A DNA stretch of 64,000 nt from an uncultured Planctomycetota bacterium (GCA_963849325.1 CAWKHF010000005.1:1024001-1088000); one strand, 5' to 3'. Positions 33,134 through 46,991 are shown, counted from the first letter of the stretch. Program-made: numbers and translations. Notes: generated by a model from the letters alone, not told the origin.

Positions 33134-34896
33134 AATCCTCTTTTCGCCGCCGACACGACGTTCCCGCGCGGCCCGGGCCTCTACTTCCACCCCGCCAAGC
33201 TGCTCGTCTTGCTCCTTCGTCTACCTCGCCTGGGTGCGAACCTGCTGGTGGGTGGATCAGGATTGCGAGGAGCTGAAGCTGCCGGCGAGACGTGGAACCC
33301 GGTCCTGCTGATCTGCGGGGTGGCCGGCCTGCTGCTGGTCTGGCTGCTGCCGTGGTTCTGGCTCGGCTTCTTCGTCCTCCTCGTGCTCTACCTGGCGCCG
33401 ACCTTGGCTTACGTCAGCATTCGCAACGAGAAGGCGACGCCGGACCAGCGCGTCCTGACGCCGCCGCACCTGCGGAAACTGGTCCGCCGCTGGCTGCGCC
33501 TCGATTTGGCCGAACCGCAAGGGCCGAGCGAACGGCACATCCCCATCCGCTTCGTCGGCAAAAGCTCCAGCGGCGAACGGGAGGACGACCGCCGTATCGC
33601 CCGGCTGCAAGACACCAAGGGCTATCGCGCCGCCCTGGAGATGATCCACGAGGCTCTGCAAAGGCGGGCCACCGACATCCACCTGGAACCGACCAAGAAC
33701 GAGATGATCGTCCGCTTCCGCATCGACGGCATCCTCGAACCGACGACGCCCTTCAGCCGGGCCACGGGCGACTCGGTCGTCAACATCTTCAAAGTGCTGG
33801 CCGACCTGGACATCACCGAGAAACGCAAGCCGCAGGACGGCAGTTTTTCCGCCGAGGTGGCCGGCTCGATCGGCCTGACGCCGCCCGCCAAACCCCGCGA
33901 CGAAGAGGGCGACGGCGAGGGAGACGAGGACGCCGAGGAGCCGGCCGCCGCCTCGAATGCGGTTCGGCAGATCGATTTCCGCGTGGCCACCGCCGGCAGC
34001 GTGGTCGGCGAAAAGATGGTCATGCGCATCCTCGATCCGAAGCCGGCAGGTGGCCAGCCTGACGCACATCGGCATGCGCGAGCAGCTACGCAAACAGGTC
34101 CGCGGCATCGTCACCCAGCCGCACGGCCTGTTCATCGTCTGCGGCCCGACCGGCGCCGGCAAGAGCACCACCCTGTACGCCTGCCTGTCCGAGATCGACC
34201 GCTATCAGAAGAACGTCATCACCATCGAAAACCCGGTCGAGTACCACATCGACAACGTGACGCAGATCGAGGTCAATCCCAAGGCCGGCAAGACCTTCGC
34301 CTCGGAGCTGCGCAGCATCCTGCGCCAAGACCCCGACGTGATCTACATCGGCGAGATCCGCGACCAGGAGACGGCGGAGATCGCCTGCCAGGCGGCCCAG
34401 ACCGGCCACATGGTCTTCACCACGCTGCACGCCAACGACACCGTGACGGCCCTGGCCCGCCTCATCGACCTGGGCGTGCAGCCGTTCATGGTCGCCAACG
34501 CCGTCACCGCCGTCCTCGGTCAGCGCCTGGTCCGCGTGCTCTGTCCGCAGTGCAAGACAGCGTTACAAGCCCAACGCCGAGCTGCTGCGCAAGGCCAACC
34601 TGCCCGCCGACAAGATCAAGTTCTTCTACCGTCCGCCGGAGAAGAACCCGGAAGAGGACATCGTCACCGTGCCCGTACTGCGGCGGCACCGGCTACCGCG
34701 GCCGCACCGGCGTCTTCGAGCTGCTGGTCCTGACCGACAACCTCAAGCGAGATGATCAAGCGAAAACCCCAACTTCAACGCCATCAAGCAGGAGGCGGTC
34801 AAAAGCGGCATGAAGTATCTCCAGGAAGACGGCCTGCGGCAGGTGATCGAGGGGCAAACCTCGATCCAGGAGTTGCTGCGCGTGTGCAGCAAATAA
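33131..34896 (+). CDS. GspE/PulE/PilB family secretion ATPase with N-terminal TM segments; frameshifted
   Basis: ATDIHLEP, RFRIDG, PQDG, GPTGAGKST, LRQDPD, GEIRD, TLHAND, two CxxC, GRTGVFE. Confidence 0.9.
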
Positions 34897-34898
34897 CC

Positions 34899-34976
34899 AG
34901 TTCTGAGTTCTGAGTTCTGAGTTCTGAGTGAAAACAGAACTCAGAACTCAGAACTCAGAACTCAGAACTCAGAACT
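34899..34976. repeat. Heptamer inverted repeat (AGTTCTG x4 / CAGAACT x6)
   Basis: Directly visible between the stop at 34896 and ATG 34986. Confidence 0.9.
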
Positions 34977-34985
34977 GAGAGAGAT

Positions 34986-35582
34986 ATGCCGCTCGGTTTT
35001 TTCACGGTGCTGATTATGCTGGGCGTTGCCTACGCCTTCTGGCGCCAGGGCGTGCTGGCAGCCTTCGTCATGGCGGTCAACGTGTTCCTGGCCGGCCTGG
35101 TGGCGTTCAATTTCTTCGAGCCGATCGCCGCCGAGCTGGACCCGATGCTGGAGGGTTCGTTCTTGCAGCCCTACGTGGACAGTCTCTGTCTCATCGTGCT
35201 GTTCTGCCTGCCGCTGAGCTTTCTGCGCTGGGCCACCAACGCCCTGATGCATTCGACCCTCGAATATCACCGAGTCGTCCAGCAGGGAGGCGCCATTCTG
35301 TTCGGCCTGCTGACCGGCTATCTCGTGGCGGGTTTTCTGTTGTGCGTGATGCAGACGATGCCGCTGAGCGAGCATTTCATGCAGTTCGACGCACGGATCG
35401 ATAGCAGTTCGGCGGGGGCCAAGGTCCGGCGGGTGATGCCGCCGGATCGGATGTGGCTGGCTCTGATGCACCGGGCGAGCGAAACGTCCCTGGCGTGGGA
35501 CGCGGACGCTCCCTTCGATCCCGACGGCAGCTTCGAGCTGCGCTACAGCCGCGAACGCCGCACCCCAGACGAAACGAAATAA
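34986..35582 (+). CDS. CvpA family membrane protein
   Basis: Four TM segments, G...A....NV.LAGL.AFNFFEP, GG..FG...G...AG...C..Q.MP. Confidence 0.7.
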   Translation: MPLGFFTVLIMLGVAYAFWRQGVLAAFVMAVNVFLAGLVAFNFFEPIAAELDPMLEGSFLQPYVDSLCLIVLFCLPLSFLRWATNALMHSTLEYHRVVQQGGAILFGLLTGYLVAGFLLCVMQTMPLSEHFMQFDARIDSSSAGAKVRRVMPPDRMWLALMHRASETSLAWDADAPFDPDGSFELRYSRERRTPDETK

Positions 35583-35592
35583 CCGCTAACTC

Positions 35593-35660
35593 TCGTTTAG
35601 CCGCGACGCGCAGCGGAGCGCGGTTGCTCCCGCGCTCCGCTGCGCGTCGCGGCTAAACGA
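35593..35660. repeat. REP-like family A palindrome between convergent genes
   Basis: tcgtttagccgcgacgcgcagcggagcgcgg...ccgcgctccgctgcgcgtcgcggctaaacga. Confidence 0.85.
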
Positions 35661-35677
35661 GGATTTCGATTTGACGG

Positions 35678-36523
35678 TTACTCGAAGGTCAGGAAGCGTT
35701 CGACGGCGCGGGCGACGCGATCGGGTTGGGTCACGAAAGCGAGGTGCCCGCAACCCGGCAGGTCAACCCGCTGCGAACCGTCGATGCCGTGAGCCAGGTC
35801 CGCCAGGCTGTGCGGGGAGGCCAGCAGGTCGCGGTCGCCGGCCATCAGCAGCGTCGGAACGCGAACGTCGTGCAGGCGCGGCCCCGGATCGAACGATTCG
35901 ACCAGCTGGAAGCGATGCGTCATCACGCTCTGGTCCGTCTGCCAGCACTGCCGCGTGACGAACTCGAAGAGCGGGCCAGGCCGCTGACGCGAGCCGAAGA
36001 GCAGATTGAAGAACTGATTGACGAACGGGCTGTCCGAGGGCAGGGGATAACGAGACAGCACCCAGCCGGCTACCTGCTGGAGCAGGCCACGCTCGAAACG
36101 CGCCCCTACCCCTTGCGTCACCAGCGCCTGCAATCGGTGCGGCCAACGCATCGCCAACTCCAGGGCCAGGACGCCGCCAAAGGAAACGCCGAGGATCGGC
36201 GGCCGTTCCAATCCGAACCAGTCGAGGAACTCGCGCAAGTCCTCGACGAGATCCAGCAACTCAAAACGCCGGCGCAGGGCGAAAAAATCGTCCTCGCCGC
36301 GGAGCTGGTAACTGATGACCTGGAAGTTGCGGGACAGCAGACGAGCCAGCGGGCCAAGCAACTCGAAGCCGCCCGCCAGACCTGGAACGAGTACGAGAGG
36401 TCGTCCTTCGCCCCAAACACTATATCGAGCCGTGTAATATTTCAGATGGGCCAAACCCGAGCGGCCGACCCCGGGACTGAATTCCGCACCACTGCCGCTG
36501 ACCCACTCCAGAGATGCCTGCAC
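35678..36523 (-). CDS. Alpha/beta fold hydrolase
   Basis: LVPGLAG, GVSFGG nucleophile elbow, GDRD, GCGH; GTG start with GAGG RBS. Confidence 0.88.
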   Translation of the reverse strand: MQASLEWVSGSGAEFSPGVGRSGLAHLKYYTARYSVWGEGRPLVLVPGLAGGFELLGPLARLLSRNFQVISYQLRGEDDFFALRRRFELLDLVEDLREFLDWFGLERPPILGVSFGGVLALELAMRWPHRLQALVTQGVGARFERGLLQQVAGWVLSRYPLPSDSPFVNQFFNLLFGSRQRPGPLFEFVTRQCWQTDQSVMTHRFQLVESFDPGPRLHDVRVPTLLMAGDRDLLASPHSLADLAHGIDGSQRVDLPGCGHLAFVTQPDRVARAVERFLTFE

Positions 36524-36602
36524 GCTTCTTCTCCCCTCTCAGTTCATACCTGACACGCGCGATGAGCTTGCCTCGGATTGTTCCGTGGGACAACACTCCC
36601 TG

Positions 36603-36618
36603 AGCACGACTCATACCA
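36603..36618 (-). promoter_or_regulatory. Candidate sigma54 (-24/-12) promoter for the hydrolase
   Basis: Minus strand reads TGGTATGAGTCGTGCT (GG-N10-GC), about 80 bp upstream of the start, beside a divergent enhancer-binding protein gene. Confidence 0.55.
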
Positions 36619-36736
36619 AAGAGAGACAGCCCGAACCATCCCGTTTCACACATCGCTTGAATGACATAACAACCTGAGGATAACGCCCTTACAGAGATCA
36701 ATGAGAGAAGACGAGTATCAATTCTTTCTCGGCGCT

Positions 36737-36791
36737 GACGACTTTTCGTCAGCGTTCGGCGCATTTCGGCGCTGATCGACGTTTTTTCGGC
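36737..36791. promoter_or_regulatory. Three phased imperfect palindromes G(A/G)CG-N5/6-CG(T/G)C, candidate upstream activator sites
   Basis: gacgacttttcgtc (36737), ggcgcatttcggc (36758), gacgttttttcggc (36778); similar pair at 37058..37081. Confidence 0.5.
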
Positions 36792-37167
36792 GCGAGGTTG
36801 GAAGCCTGGAAAAAATGGGGGATATGGCTGTTTGCTTGGGATTAACGAAGCTTTTTCGCTTTACACGACAGATGGAAAGAATCTCAGCCTGACTGGCAAA
36901 CCGGGCGAGTCTTTGGGCGGAGTACGAGGAGACCGTTGACCCGACGTTATGGACCAAGTAGAGTGAGGAGATTAAGGGTGGTTCCCATTTTATGGTTTTG
37001 ACGTGGAGGAATGGACCGAAGCGGAAAAGTGCATGGAGCCAAAGGGTTAGGAATGGCGCCGAACTTTCGGCGCCTTTCGTCAGCGTTCCCGTCAACCGGA
37101 TCAGGGGTAGGAGATGGGCCCGGTGTTTCGACGTACCTGGGAGCAAGTCCTTCAGGTCGGGCGGAGA

Positions 37168-40353
<3,186 letters not shown>

Positions 40354-40368
40354 GGTGTTCCAATCAAT

Positions 40369-40435
40369 TCGTTTAGCCGCGACGCGCAGCGGAGCGCGGG
40401 ATGCTCCCGCGCTCCGCTGCGCGTCGCGGCTAAAC
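40369..40435. repeat. REP-like family A palindrome between convergent genes
   Basis: gtttagccgcgacgcgcagcggagcgcggga...tcccgcgctccgctgcgcgtcgcggctaaac. Confidence 0.85.
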
Positions 40436-40443
40436 ACGGAACC

Positions 40444-41820
40444 TCACTTGGCGGCGAGAGAGACGCAGACGATCTCCTTGTCGTTGCGCGCGTACATCGA
40501 CTTGTGCGCGAAGGCCGGGTGAGACCAGACGACCTTGCGGTCTCCGATTGGCCCCGTCGGCTCCAGGATGTGAGCGCGGTCGATCGCTTCGTAACCTTTC
40601 GGCGTGAGGCGAGCGATGAGGAGATCGCCCTTCTCGTTGGGCAGAAAGAAACGATCGCCCTGCGCGATCAGGAAAGCGTTGGCCCAGCGCACGCTCTCGT
40701 CGGGGACTTCGGTAGCCTGGAGCGTCATCCAGACGCGCTTGCCGTCTTCGGCGTGCAGGCAGCGCAGCTCGCCGTAACTGCACACGCCGTAGATGTAGCC
40801 GTCCTTGAAGAAGGGCGTGGGAATGATGCTGTTGAGCGTGTCGGTTCGATCCGGTTGCTCGCTCTGCACGCGGCTGCGCCACAGGACGCGGGCGGCCGGC
40901 TTGTCGGCGGGAGGGAGTTGGAGCATCATCGCGCCGTTGTAGAAGGAAGTCACGAACAGCCGATCGCCTTCCAGGCGAGGCGTTGCGATGGTCAGGTTGG
41001 CGTTGGCGCGGAACGGCTGCGACCAGTACAGTTCGCCCGTCTCCGGATTCAGACCGTTGACGGACTCGGGGTGCCAGATGATGAGCTGGCGCTTGCCGCC
41101 AACCTCGTAGATCATCGGCGGACAGTAACCCACCTCGGTGTTCGGCTTCTGAAACGACAGGGCGTGCCATTTTTCCTGGCCGGTGTTCTTGTCGAAGGCG
41201 ACGACGATGTGGTCCTTGCCGCCGACGAGGCAGATGAGCTTGTCGCCGTCGAGCAGCGGATGGGCGGCGAAACCCCACTGCGGCACGGGCGCCTGGTAAT
41301 CCTTGACGAAGTTTTTCGACCACACTACCTTGCCGCCGGCCGCGTCGAGGCAGAAGAGGTGCCCCATCGCGCCAAGAGTAAAGACCTTGCCGTCGTGGAC
41401 GACCGGCGTGGTTCGCGGCCCACAAGGATAAGAGATGCGATAGAGGCAATCGTACTCGTGGCTCCAGAGAATCTTCCCGGAGGCGTCATCGAGACAGAGG
41501 ACACGTTCCTTGCCGGGGACCGCCTTGCGGGCGAAGGGGTCGCCGGGGTTCTGGACGCCTTCCGGCAGGATGCGGTCGGTGACGTAGACGCGATCCTTGA
41601 CGACGGCGGGACCGGCATAGCCGCCGCCAATGGGCGTGCGCCAACGGACCTTGGGACCGCCGGACGGGAAGCGCTCGAGGATGCCCGTCTCGCGCCAGAC
41701 ACCGTCGCGCTTCGGCCCCAACCACTGCGGCCAGTCATCGGCCCGGACGAGAAGCGGCGGACTCAGAAGCGTGGTCAGGATCAGCAAGGGAAGGCCGAGA
41801 CGGACTGGCATGGAGCGCAT
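40444..41820 (-). CDS. PQQ-binding-like beta-propeller repeat protein (BamB-like)
   Basis: Signal peptide, DDWPQWLGP.RDG, GPRTTP, G...W blades, WSHPAFA. Confidence 0.88.
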   Translation of the reverse strand: MRSMPVRLGLPLLILTTLLSPPLLVRADDWPQWLGPKRDGVWRETGILERFPSGGPKVRWRTPIGGGYAGPAVVKDRVYVTDRILPEGVQNPGDPFARKAVPGKERVLCLDDASGKILWSHEYDCLYRISYPCGPRTTPVVHDGKVFTLGAMGHLFCLDAAGGKVVWSKNFVKDYQAPVPQWGFAAHPLLDGDKLICLVGGKDHIVVAFDKNTGQEKWHALSFQKPNTEVGYCPPMIYEVGGKRQLIIWHPESVNGLNPETGELYWSQPFRANANLTIATPRLEGDRLFVTSFYNGAMMLQLPPADKPAARVLWRSRVQSEQPDRTDTLNSIIPTPFFKDGYIYGVCSYGELRCLHAEDGKRVWMTLQATEVPDESVRWANAFLIAQGDRFFLPNEKGDLLIARLTPKGYEAIDRAHILEPTGPIGDRKVVWSHPAFAHKSMYARNDKEIVCVSLAAK

Positions 41821-42036
41821 GTGCTTCCTCTCTTCACGAAGGGGACGTTGCCCAAGCCGCTTGCGGCTCGGACTACCGACTCTGATTGTACGACGTGCCG
41901 CCCTACGCGCGTATTCAGACCCCACCTCCCGCCGGCTGCCTCGTTTCCTACTGGCAATCGACTCGCCGACGTGATACCTTCAGAACAGATGCCCACGCCC
42001 CCTGTTTTCACCCCGTGGTCTCGGATAATTCGACCC

Positions 42037-43387
42037 ATGGAAGATCGTCAACAGCGCTGCTCGCGTCGCAAGTTCCTCGCCTCGGCGGCGGCCCTCACCC
42101 TGGCGGGCGGCGTCTCCGCCCGCGAAGCGCCCGAGGGATCGCTGCCGCTGTCGCGCACCCGGCCGGGCAAGCCCTCCACCAAGGGCCGTAAACCGCTCGC
42201 CGTCCTGTCCACGGTGTATCGACCGCTGTCGCACGCCTACCACATCGGCGGACGCTTCCTGCACGGCTACGCACGCGGCGGACAACTGCACGTGCCGCAC
42301 CACTACGTCCACTCCCTCTACGTCGATCAGACGCCGGACAACGACCTGTCGCGCGACGTCGCCCGCGATTTCGGCGTCCGCGTCACGCGCCGCGCCGGCG
42401 CCGACCGCGTGCGGCCGGTCGCCGAGGCGCTCACCGCCGGCGGCAAGCTCGCCGTCGAGGGCGTCCTCCTCGTCGCCGAGCACGGCAACTACGAACGCAA
42501 CGACAAGGGACAGATCCTCTATCCGCGCCTCGAGTTGATGCAGGAGATCGTCAACGTCTTCCGCCAGACCGGGCGGAGCGTGCCGGTCTTCAATGACAAG
42601 CACCTGTCGTACACCTTCGCCAACGCCAGGAAAATGCTCGATTGGTCGCGCGAGCTGAACTTTCCGATGATGGCCGGCTCCAGTCTGCCCGTGACCTGGC
42701 GCGGCCCGGAGCTGGAGCTGCCCCTGCGAGTCGCCCATCGAGGACGCCCTGGTGGCGGGGTATGGTCCCATCGAGGTATACGGCTTCCACGCCCTGGAGA
42801 CGCTGCAAGTCATGATGGAGCGCCGCAAGGGCGGCGAGACCGGCGTCAAGGCCGTCACCTGCCTGAGCGGCAAGGACGTGTGGAAGGCCGGCGATGCCGG
42901 GCGCTGGAGCTGGGACTTGCTCGAAGCGGCGCTGGCGCGCAGCGAGACGGTCAACCCCGGCGACATCCGCGTCAACGTCGGCAGCATGGCCGTCTACAAC
43001 TACAAGCCGACGCCCGCCCTGGCCTTCCTCCTCGAATACCGCGACGGCACGCGCGGCACGATCCTGTTGCTCAACGGCCACGTCCTCGACTTCACTTTCG
43101 CGGCCAAGCTGCGCGGCGACAACAAACCCGCCTCGTGCCTGTTCCGCCTGCCGCCGCCGCCCGGCGCGCGCTTCTTCGACGCCCAGGTGGCCAACCTCGA
43201 AAAGTTCCTCGATACCGGCAAGGCTCCCTACCCCGTCGAGCGCACCTTGCTGACCACCGGCATCCTCGACGCCGCCATGAACAGCCACCACCAGCGCGGC
43301 ACGCGCCTCGAGACACCCGAACTCGACGTGCGCTACACGGCCCCCGCGGACAGCGGCTTCCTCCGCGGCGCCGTCGCCGAGTTTTGA
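42037..43387 (+). CDS. Tat-exported hypothetical oxidoreductase-like protein; frameshift near 42730
   Basis: SRRKFL Tat motif, GVLLVAEHG.Y, VFNDKHLS, MAGSSLP, YGFHALE, YPVERTLLTTG. Confidence 0.75.
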
Positions 43388-43482
43388 TAGGGTTTAGGAT
43401 TTAGGGTTTAGGGTGAAGAAGGGCCGGCAGCGTCCGCCTCTTTCCCAAAACCCTCCACCCTAAACCCTAAACCCTAAACCCT
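43388..43482. repeat. Heptamer inverted repeat (TTTAGGG/CCCTAAA)
   Basis: tagggtttaggatttagggtttagggt ... aaaaccctccaccctaaaccctaaaccctaaaccct, abutting ATG 43483. Confidence 0.9.
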
Positions 43483-43948
43483 ATGGCTCTTCTCCGTCGT
43501 TTCCTCGTTCTCCTCGCCCTGTTCTTCTGGCAGGGCGGATTCACCTTCTACGCGGCCGTGGTCGTGCCGATCGGACAGCACGTGTTCGGCCACTTGCGCC
43601 AGGGCTTCGTCACCCGGCAAGTGACGGTTTACCTCAACCTCGCCGGGGCCGTCGCCCTGCTCATCCTCGTCTGGGATCTGTTCGCCGCGCGAGGCGGTCT
43701 CCTGGCGCCGATGGGGCCGCTGGCTGCTGTGGGGAGGGATGGTCCTGTCTCTCCTGATGCTGCACGGACTGCACGGATGGCTCGATGAGCTGCTCGATCC
43801 CGAGGGCCACATCGTCCTCGATGTCGGGACGTTTCGTCCCCGGCATCGCCTTTATCTGTGGCTCTCGACCGTGCAATGGGCATGGGGATTGCTTTTTCTC
43901 TTTCTCAGCCTGGGGACGTGGCGCACGGAAGATCAATCATCCGTTTAG
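43483..43948 (+). CDS. Small membrane protein; frameshifted
   Basis: WQGGFTFYAAVVVP.G...QGFVT..VT...; H..YL..STVQW. Confidence 0.7.
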
Positions 43949-43999
43949 CCGCGACGCGCAGCGGAGCGCGTGCCGCGCTCCGCTGCGCGTCGCGGCTAA
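43942..43999. repeat. REP-like family A palindrome
   Basis: ttagccgcgacgcgcagcggagcgcg...cgcgctccgctgcgcgtcgcggctaa; supplies the stop of the upstream gene. Confidence 0.85.
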
Positions 44000-44500
44000 T
44001 CCGGAATGTTTTGGAGGGGGAGAAAAAAAGTTCCGCCGCTGGCTCCTTCGGCGTCGCCCAGTCACCGAAGTCGTCATACGGCGGAACGCTGGTAATCGTA
44101 TCCTCCGCATCGGGAGTTGCAAGAGGAGTTTCAAAAAAAATCTGAAAAATCCATCACCCCCTCCTCCAGCGTGAAAACGACGGAAGAGCGAGACTTCCTC
44201 CGGCGGATAGCCGATACAACAGGAAGAGGGTCCGCAGCCGTTACTTTCCGTCGAGAGAAGAAGAGGAGCCGGCGAGAAAAGGAAGGAACATTGTTGAGAA
44301 AGTACCTGCTCTAACTATTCTAACTTTTCCGTGCAGGATGCCTCAGTTCAGTGAACTACCCAGATTTCGCAATCGATTCAGATTGCCAACAGATTCACTC
44401 TAAGCGCATGATAGAAGGACGTGACGAGAAGTAGTTGGGGTGAAAGACAGGACTTGGGTAGTTGAGTGAAGAGAGAGACGAGACTTCGGGACTTTCGGGG

Positions 44501-44529
44501 TTGCCGGTCGGGGGGGCGGTAGATATACT
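44501..44529 (+). promoter_or_regulatory. Candidate sigma70 promoter for the FAS/PKS cluster
   Basis: TTGCCG-N17-TATACT about 70 bp upstream of ATG 44598. Confidence 0.55.
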
Positions 44530-44597
44530 TCCCTCTTTTAGCCGGATGATCGGCTGAAGGTAGTGGCAGGGCAAGAGTTAGGCTTTGGATCGCCAAC

Positions 44598-45070
44598 ATG
44601 CGCTTCAACCTGATCGACCGGATCGTCGAAGTGCGGCCGGGCCAGGGTCTGCGAGCGGTGAAGAACCTGACCCTCGGCGAAGAGTACCTGGCCGACCACT
44701 TCCCGACCTTCCCGGTGATGCCCGGCGTGCTGATGCTGGAAACGCTGGTCGAGGCCGGCGCCTGGCTGTTGCGGCTGACGGACGATTTCGCCACAGCGTA
44801 ATCGTGCTGCGGGAAGCGAAGGGCGTCAAGTACGGCACCTTCATGGAGCCGGGCAAGCAGATGGCCATCTCGGTCGAGTTGATCGAACGCGGCAGCGGCC
44901 TGGCGACGTTCAAGGGCAAGGGCGAGACGGAGGGGCAGAGCACGGTGGCCGCTCGTTTGACCCTGGCTCACTACAACCTGCGCGACCGCGATCCGGCGAT
45001 GCAGGCGACCGACGAACGGCTGGTACGGCATTTGCGGGAACAATACGGATTGCTGCGGTTGTCCGCTTGA
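44598..45070 (+). CDS. FabZ/FabA-like hydroxyacyl-ACP dehydratase; frameshift near 44795
   Basis: LIDRI, DHFPTFPVMPGVLMLE. Confidence 0.88.
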
Positions 45071-45089
45071 GCAAAGGACATTGACACCC

Positions 45090-45852
45090 ATGCGGCTGAA
45101 GGACCAGATCGCCCTCGTCACCGGAGGCAGCCGAGGCATCGGCCGGGGCATCGTCCAGGCGTTCGCCGCCGAGGGTGCCAAGGTCGCCGTCGTCTACCGC
45201 GGCAGCCAGCGAGGCCGCCGACCAGGTGACGACCGACATCCGCGAAAAGGGCGGCACGGCCGTGGCCATCCAGGCCGACGTCGCCGACGCCGCCTCCGTG
45301 CAGGCGTGCGTCGAGCGGGTCGAGAAGGAGCTGGGGCCGGTCAACATCCTGGTCAACAACGCCGGCGTGATCGAGGACGATCTGTTCGTCCGCATGGAGC
45401 CGGAAGCCTGGAACAAGGTGATCCAGACCAACCTGGGCGGCGTGTTCAACTTCTGTCATGAGGTCGCCTTCGGCATGATGCAGCGGCGCAGCGGGCGGAT
45501 CATCAATATCTCCAGCGTGGCGGCCGAGCACGTGAACATGGGCCAGACGAACTACGCCGCCAGCAAGGGGGCGATCAACTCCTTCACCCGCGCCCTGGCC
45601 GTCGAGTTGGCCAAGCGCGGCGTGACGGTCAACGCCATCGCTCCCGGCTTCATCGAGACGGACATGAGCGCCGCCGTCCGCAACAAGGCCGGCGACCTGA
45701 TCACCAAGCTCATCCCCATGCGCCGCATCGGCACGCCGGAGGACATCGCCCGCGTGGCGGTGTTCCTGGCCAGCGCCGACAGCGCCTACATCACCGGACA
45801 GGTGCTGACTGTGGACGGCGGCTTGACGCTGGGGGCCGTGGGGGCGGATTGA
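45090..45852 (+). CDS. fabG: 3-oxoacyl-ACP reductase; frameshift near 45205
   Basis: TGGSRGIG, NNAG, YAASK, PGFIETDM. Confidence 0.9.
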
Positions 45853-45874
45853 TGAATTAGCCGCTTGCGGCTTA

Positions 45875-45963
45875 GAGGCACGAACCGAATGTGGCGGCAC
45901 GTTTGTAACGTGCCGTACAATCCAACACGTTGAAAACGTGTTGCCACATTTTGGTAGAGCCTC
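45875..45963. mobile_element. 89-bp MITE-like element, copy 2 (TTA target duplication) inserted in a family E repeat
   Basis: TTA|GAGGC...GCCTC|TTA; removing it restores gccgcttgcggcttagcg. Confidence 0.8.
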
Positions 45964-46041
45964 TTAGCGAGGGCCGATGGCCCGAATCGTGGAAACGGTA
46001 GTTTGCTTCGCTGTCTCTAATCTTGTGGGAGGTTTGCTCCA

Positions 46042-46443
46042 ATGCCGACGCAGGACGAAATTTACTCGAAGGTGTCCGCGACCCTGGTCGAGGCGCTGAA
46101 CGTGGACGAGGAAGACATCAAGCCGACGTCCACGCTGCAGGGCGACCTGGGCGCCGAGTCGATCGACTTCCTGGACATCGTCTTCCGCCTGGAACGCGAG
46201 TTCGGGATCAAGATCCCGCGCGGCGAACTGTTCCCCGAGTCGATCTTCCAGGGCGACCCGGAATTCGTGCAGAACGGCCGCGTCACGGCCAAGGGCCTGG
46301 AGGAGCTGCGCACCAAGATGCCGTTCGCCGACCTGACGAAGTTCGAGGAAGACCCGGAAGTCGGCAACCTGAGCGACCTGTTCACGGTCGATCTGATCAC
46401 GCGCTACATCCAGGGCAAGCTGGTAAACGGCAGCCAGAATTAA
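46042..46443 (+). CDS. Extended acyl carrier protein (133 aa)
   Basis: DLGAESIDFLDIVFRLE; GGAGG RBS. Confidence 0.9.
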   Translation: MPTQDEIYSKVSATLVEALNVDEEDIKPTSTLQGDLGAESIDFLDIVFRLEREFGIKIPRGELFPESIFQGDPEFVQNGRVTAKGLEELRTKMPFADLTKFEEDPEVGNLSDLFTVDLITRYIQGKLVNGSQN

Positions 46444-46484
46444 CGAGCCGCTGGCGACGTGGCGGCCCGGATAGGACGGCGAGC

Positions 46485-46991
46485 ATGCGCTGGATCTGGA
46501 TCGATCGCTTCGTGGACTTCCAGAGTGGCAAGTCGGCGCGGGCGGTGAAGAACCTGAGCCTGGCCGAGGACCACTTCGCCGACCACTTTCCCGGCTATCC
46601 GGTGATGCCGGCGGCGCTGATCCTGGAAGGGCTGGCGCAGACAGGCGGCATCCTGGTCGGCGAGGCCAACAAGTTTCAGGAGAAGGTGGTGCTGGCCAAG
46701 GTGCCGCGCGTGGTCTTCCACCGCGAGATGCTGGCCGGCGAGCAGCTGATCTACGAGGTGGAGATCCAGCACCTGCGCCCCGAGGGGGCGTCGGTGCAGG
46801 GCCGCGTTCGGGTCGGCGATACGGTGACGGCCGAGGCGGAGATTTTCTTCGCCCATCTGGACCAGTCGCGCTCGAAGCAGCTGTTCGGCGATCACAATTT
46901 CGTCTTCAGCGGCGAGATGAAGTATCTGCTGGGCCGGATGACCGGCGGGAAGGACACCACGGGAGGCCCTGTCGGGACGGCGGGGGGCTGA
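46485..46991 (+). CDS. Second FabZ-like dehydratase
   Basis: WIDRF, DHFPGYPVMPAALILEGLAQ. Confidence 0.88.
   Translation: MRWIWIDRFVDFQSGKSARAVKNLSLAEDHFADHFPGYPVMPAALILEGLAQTGGILVGEANKFQEKVVLAKVPRVVFHREMLAGEQLIYEVEIQHLRPEGASVQGRVRVGDTVTAEAEIFFAHLDQSRSKQLFGDHNFVFSGEMKYLLGRMTGGKDTTGGPVGTAGG

Noticed and set aside
40504-42036. 966-aa ORF 40504..43404 as one protein, and other long antisense ORFs (e.g. 14430..15557, 37665..39878, 54690..55820)
   Set aside because: Shadow ORFs expected at high GC; they overlap well-supported genes. Only the part from 42037 is a real gene.
43388-43482. Eukaryotic telomere contamination or a linear replicon end
   Set aside because: Only a few units, arranged as an inverted pair between two bacterial genes, matching the other heptamer hairpins.
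44000-44500. ncRNA or small ORF in the lower-GC gap before fabZ
   Set aside because: No recognisable RNA motif or convincing ORF; compatible with a plain promoter region.
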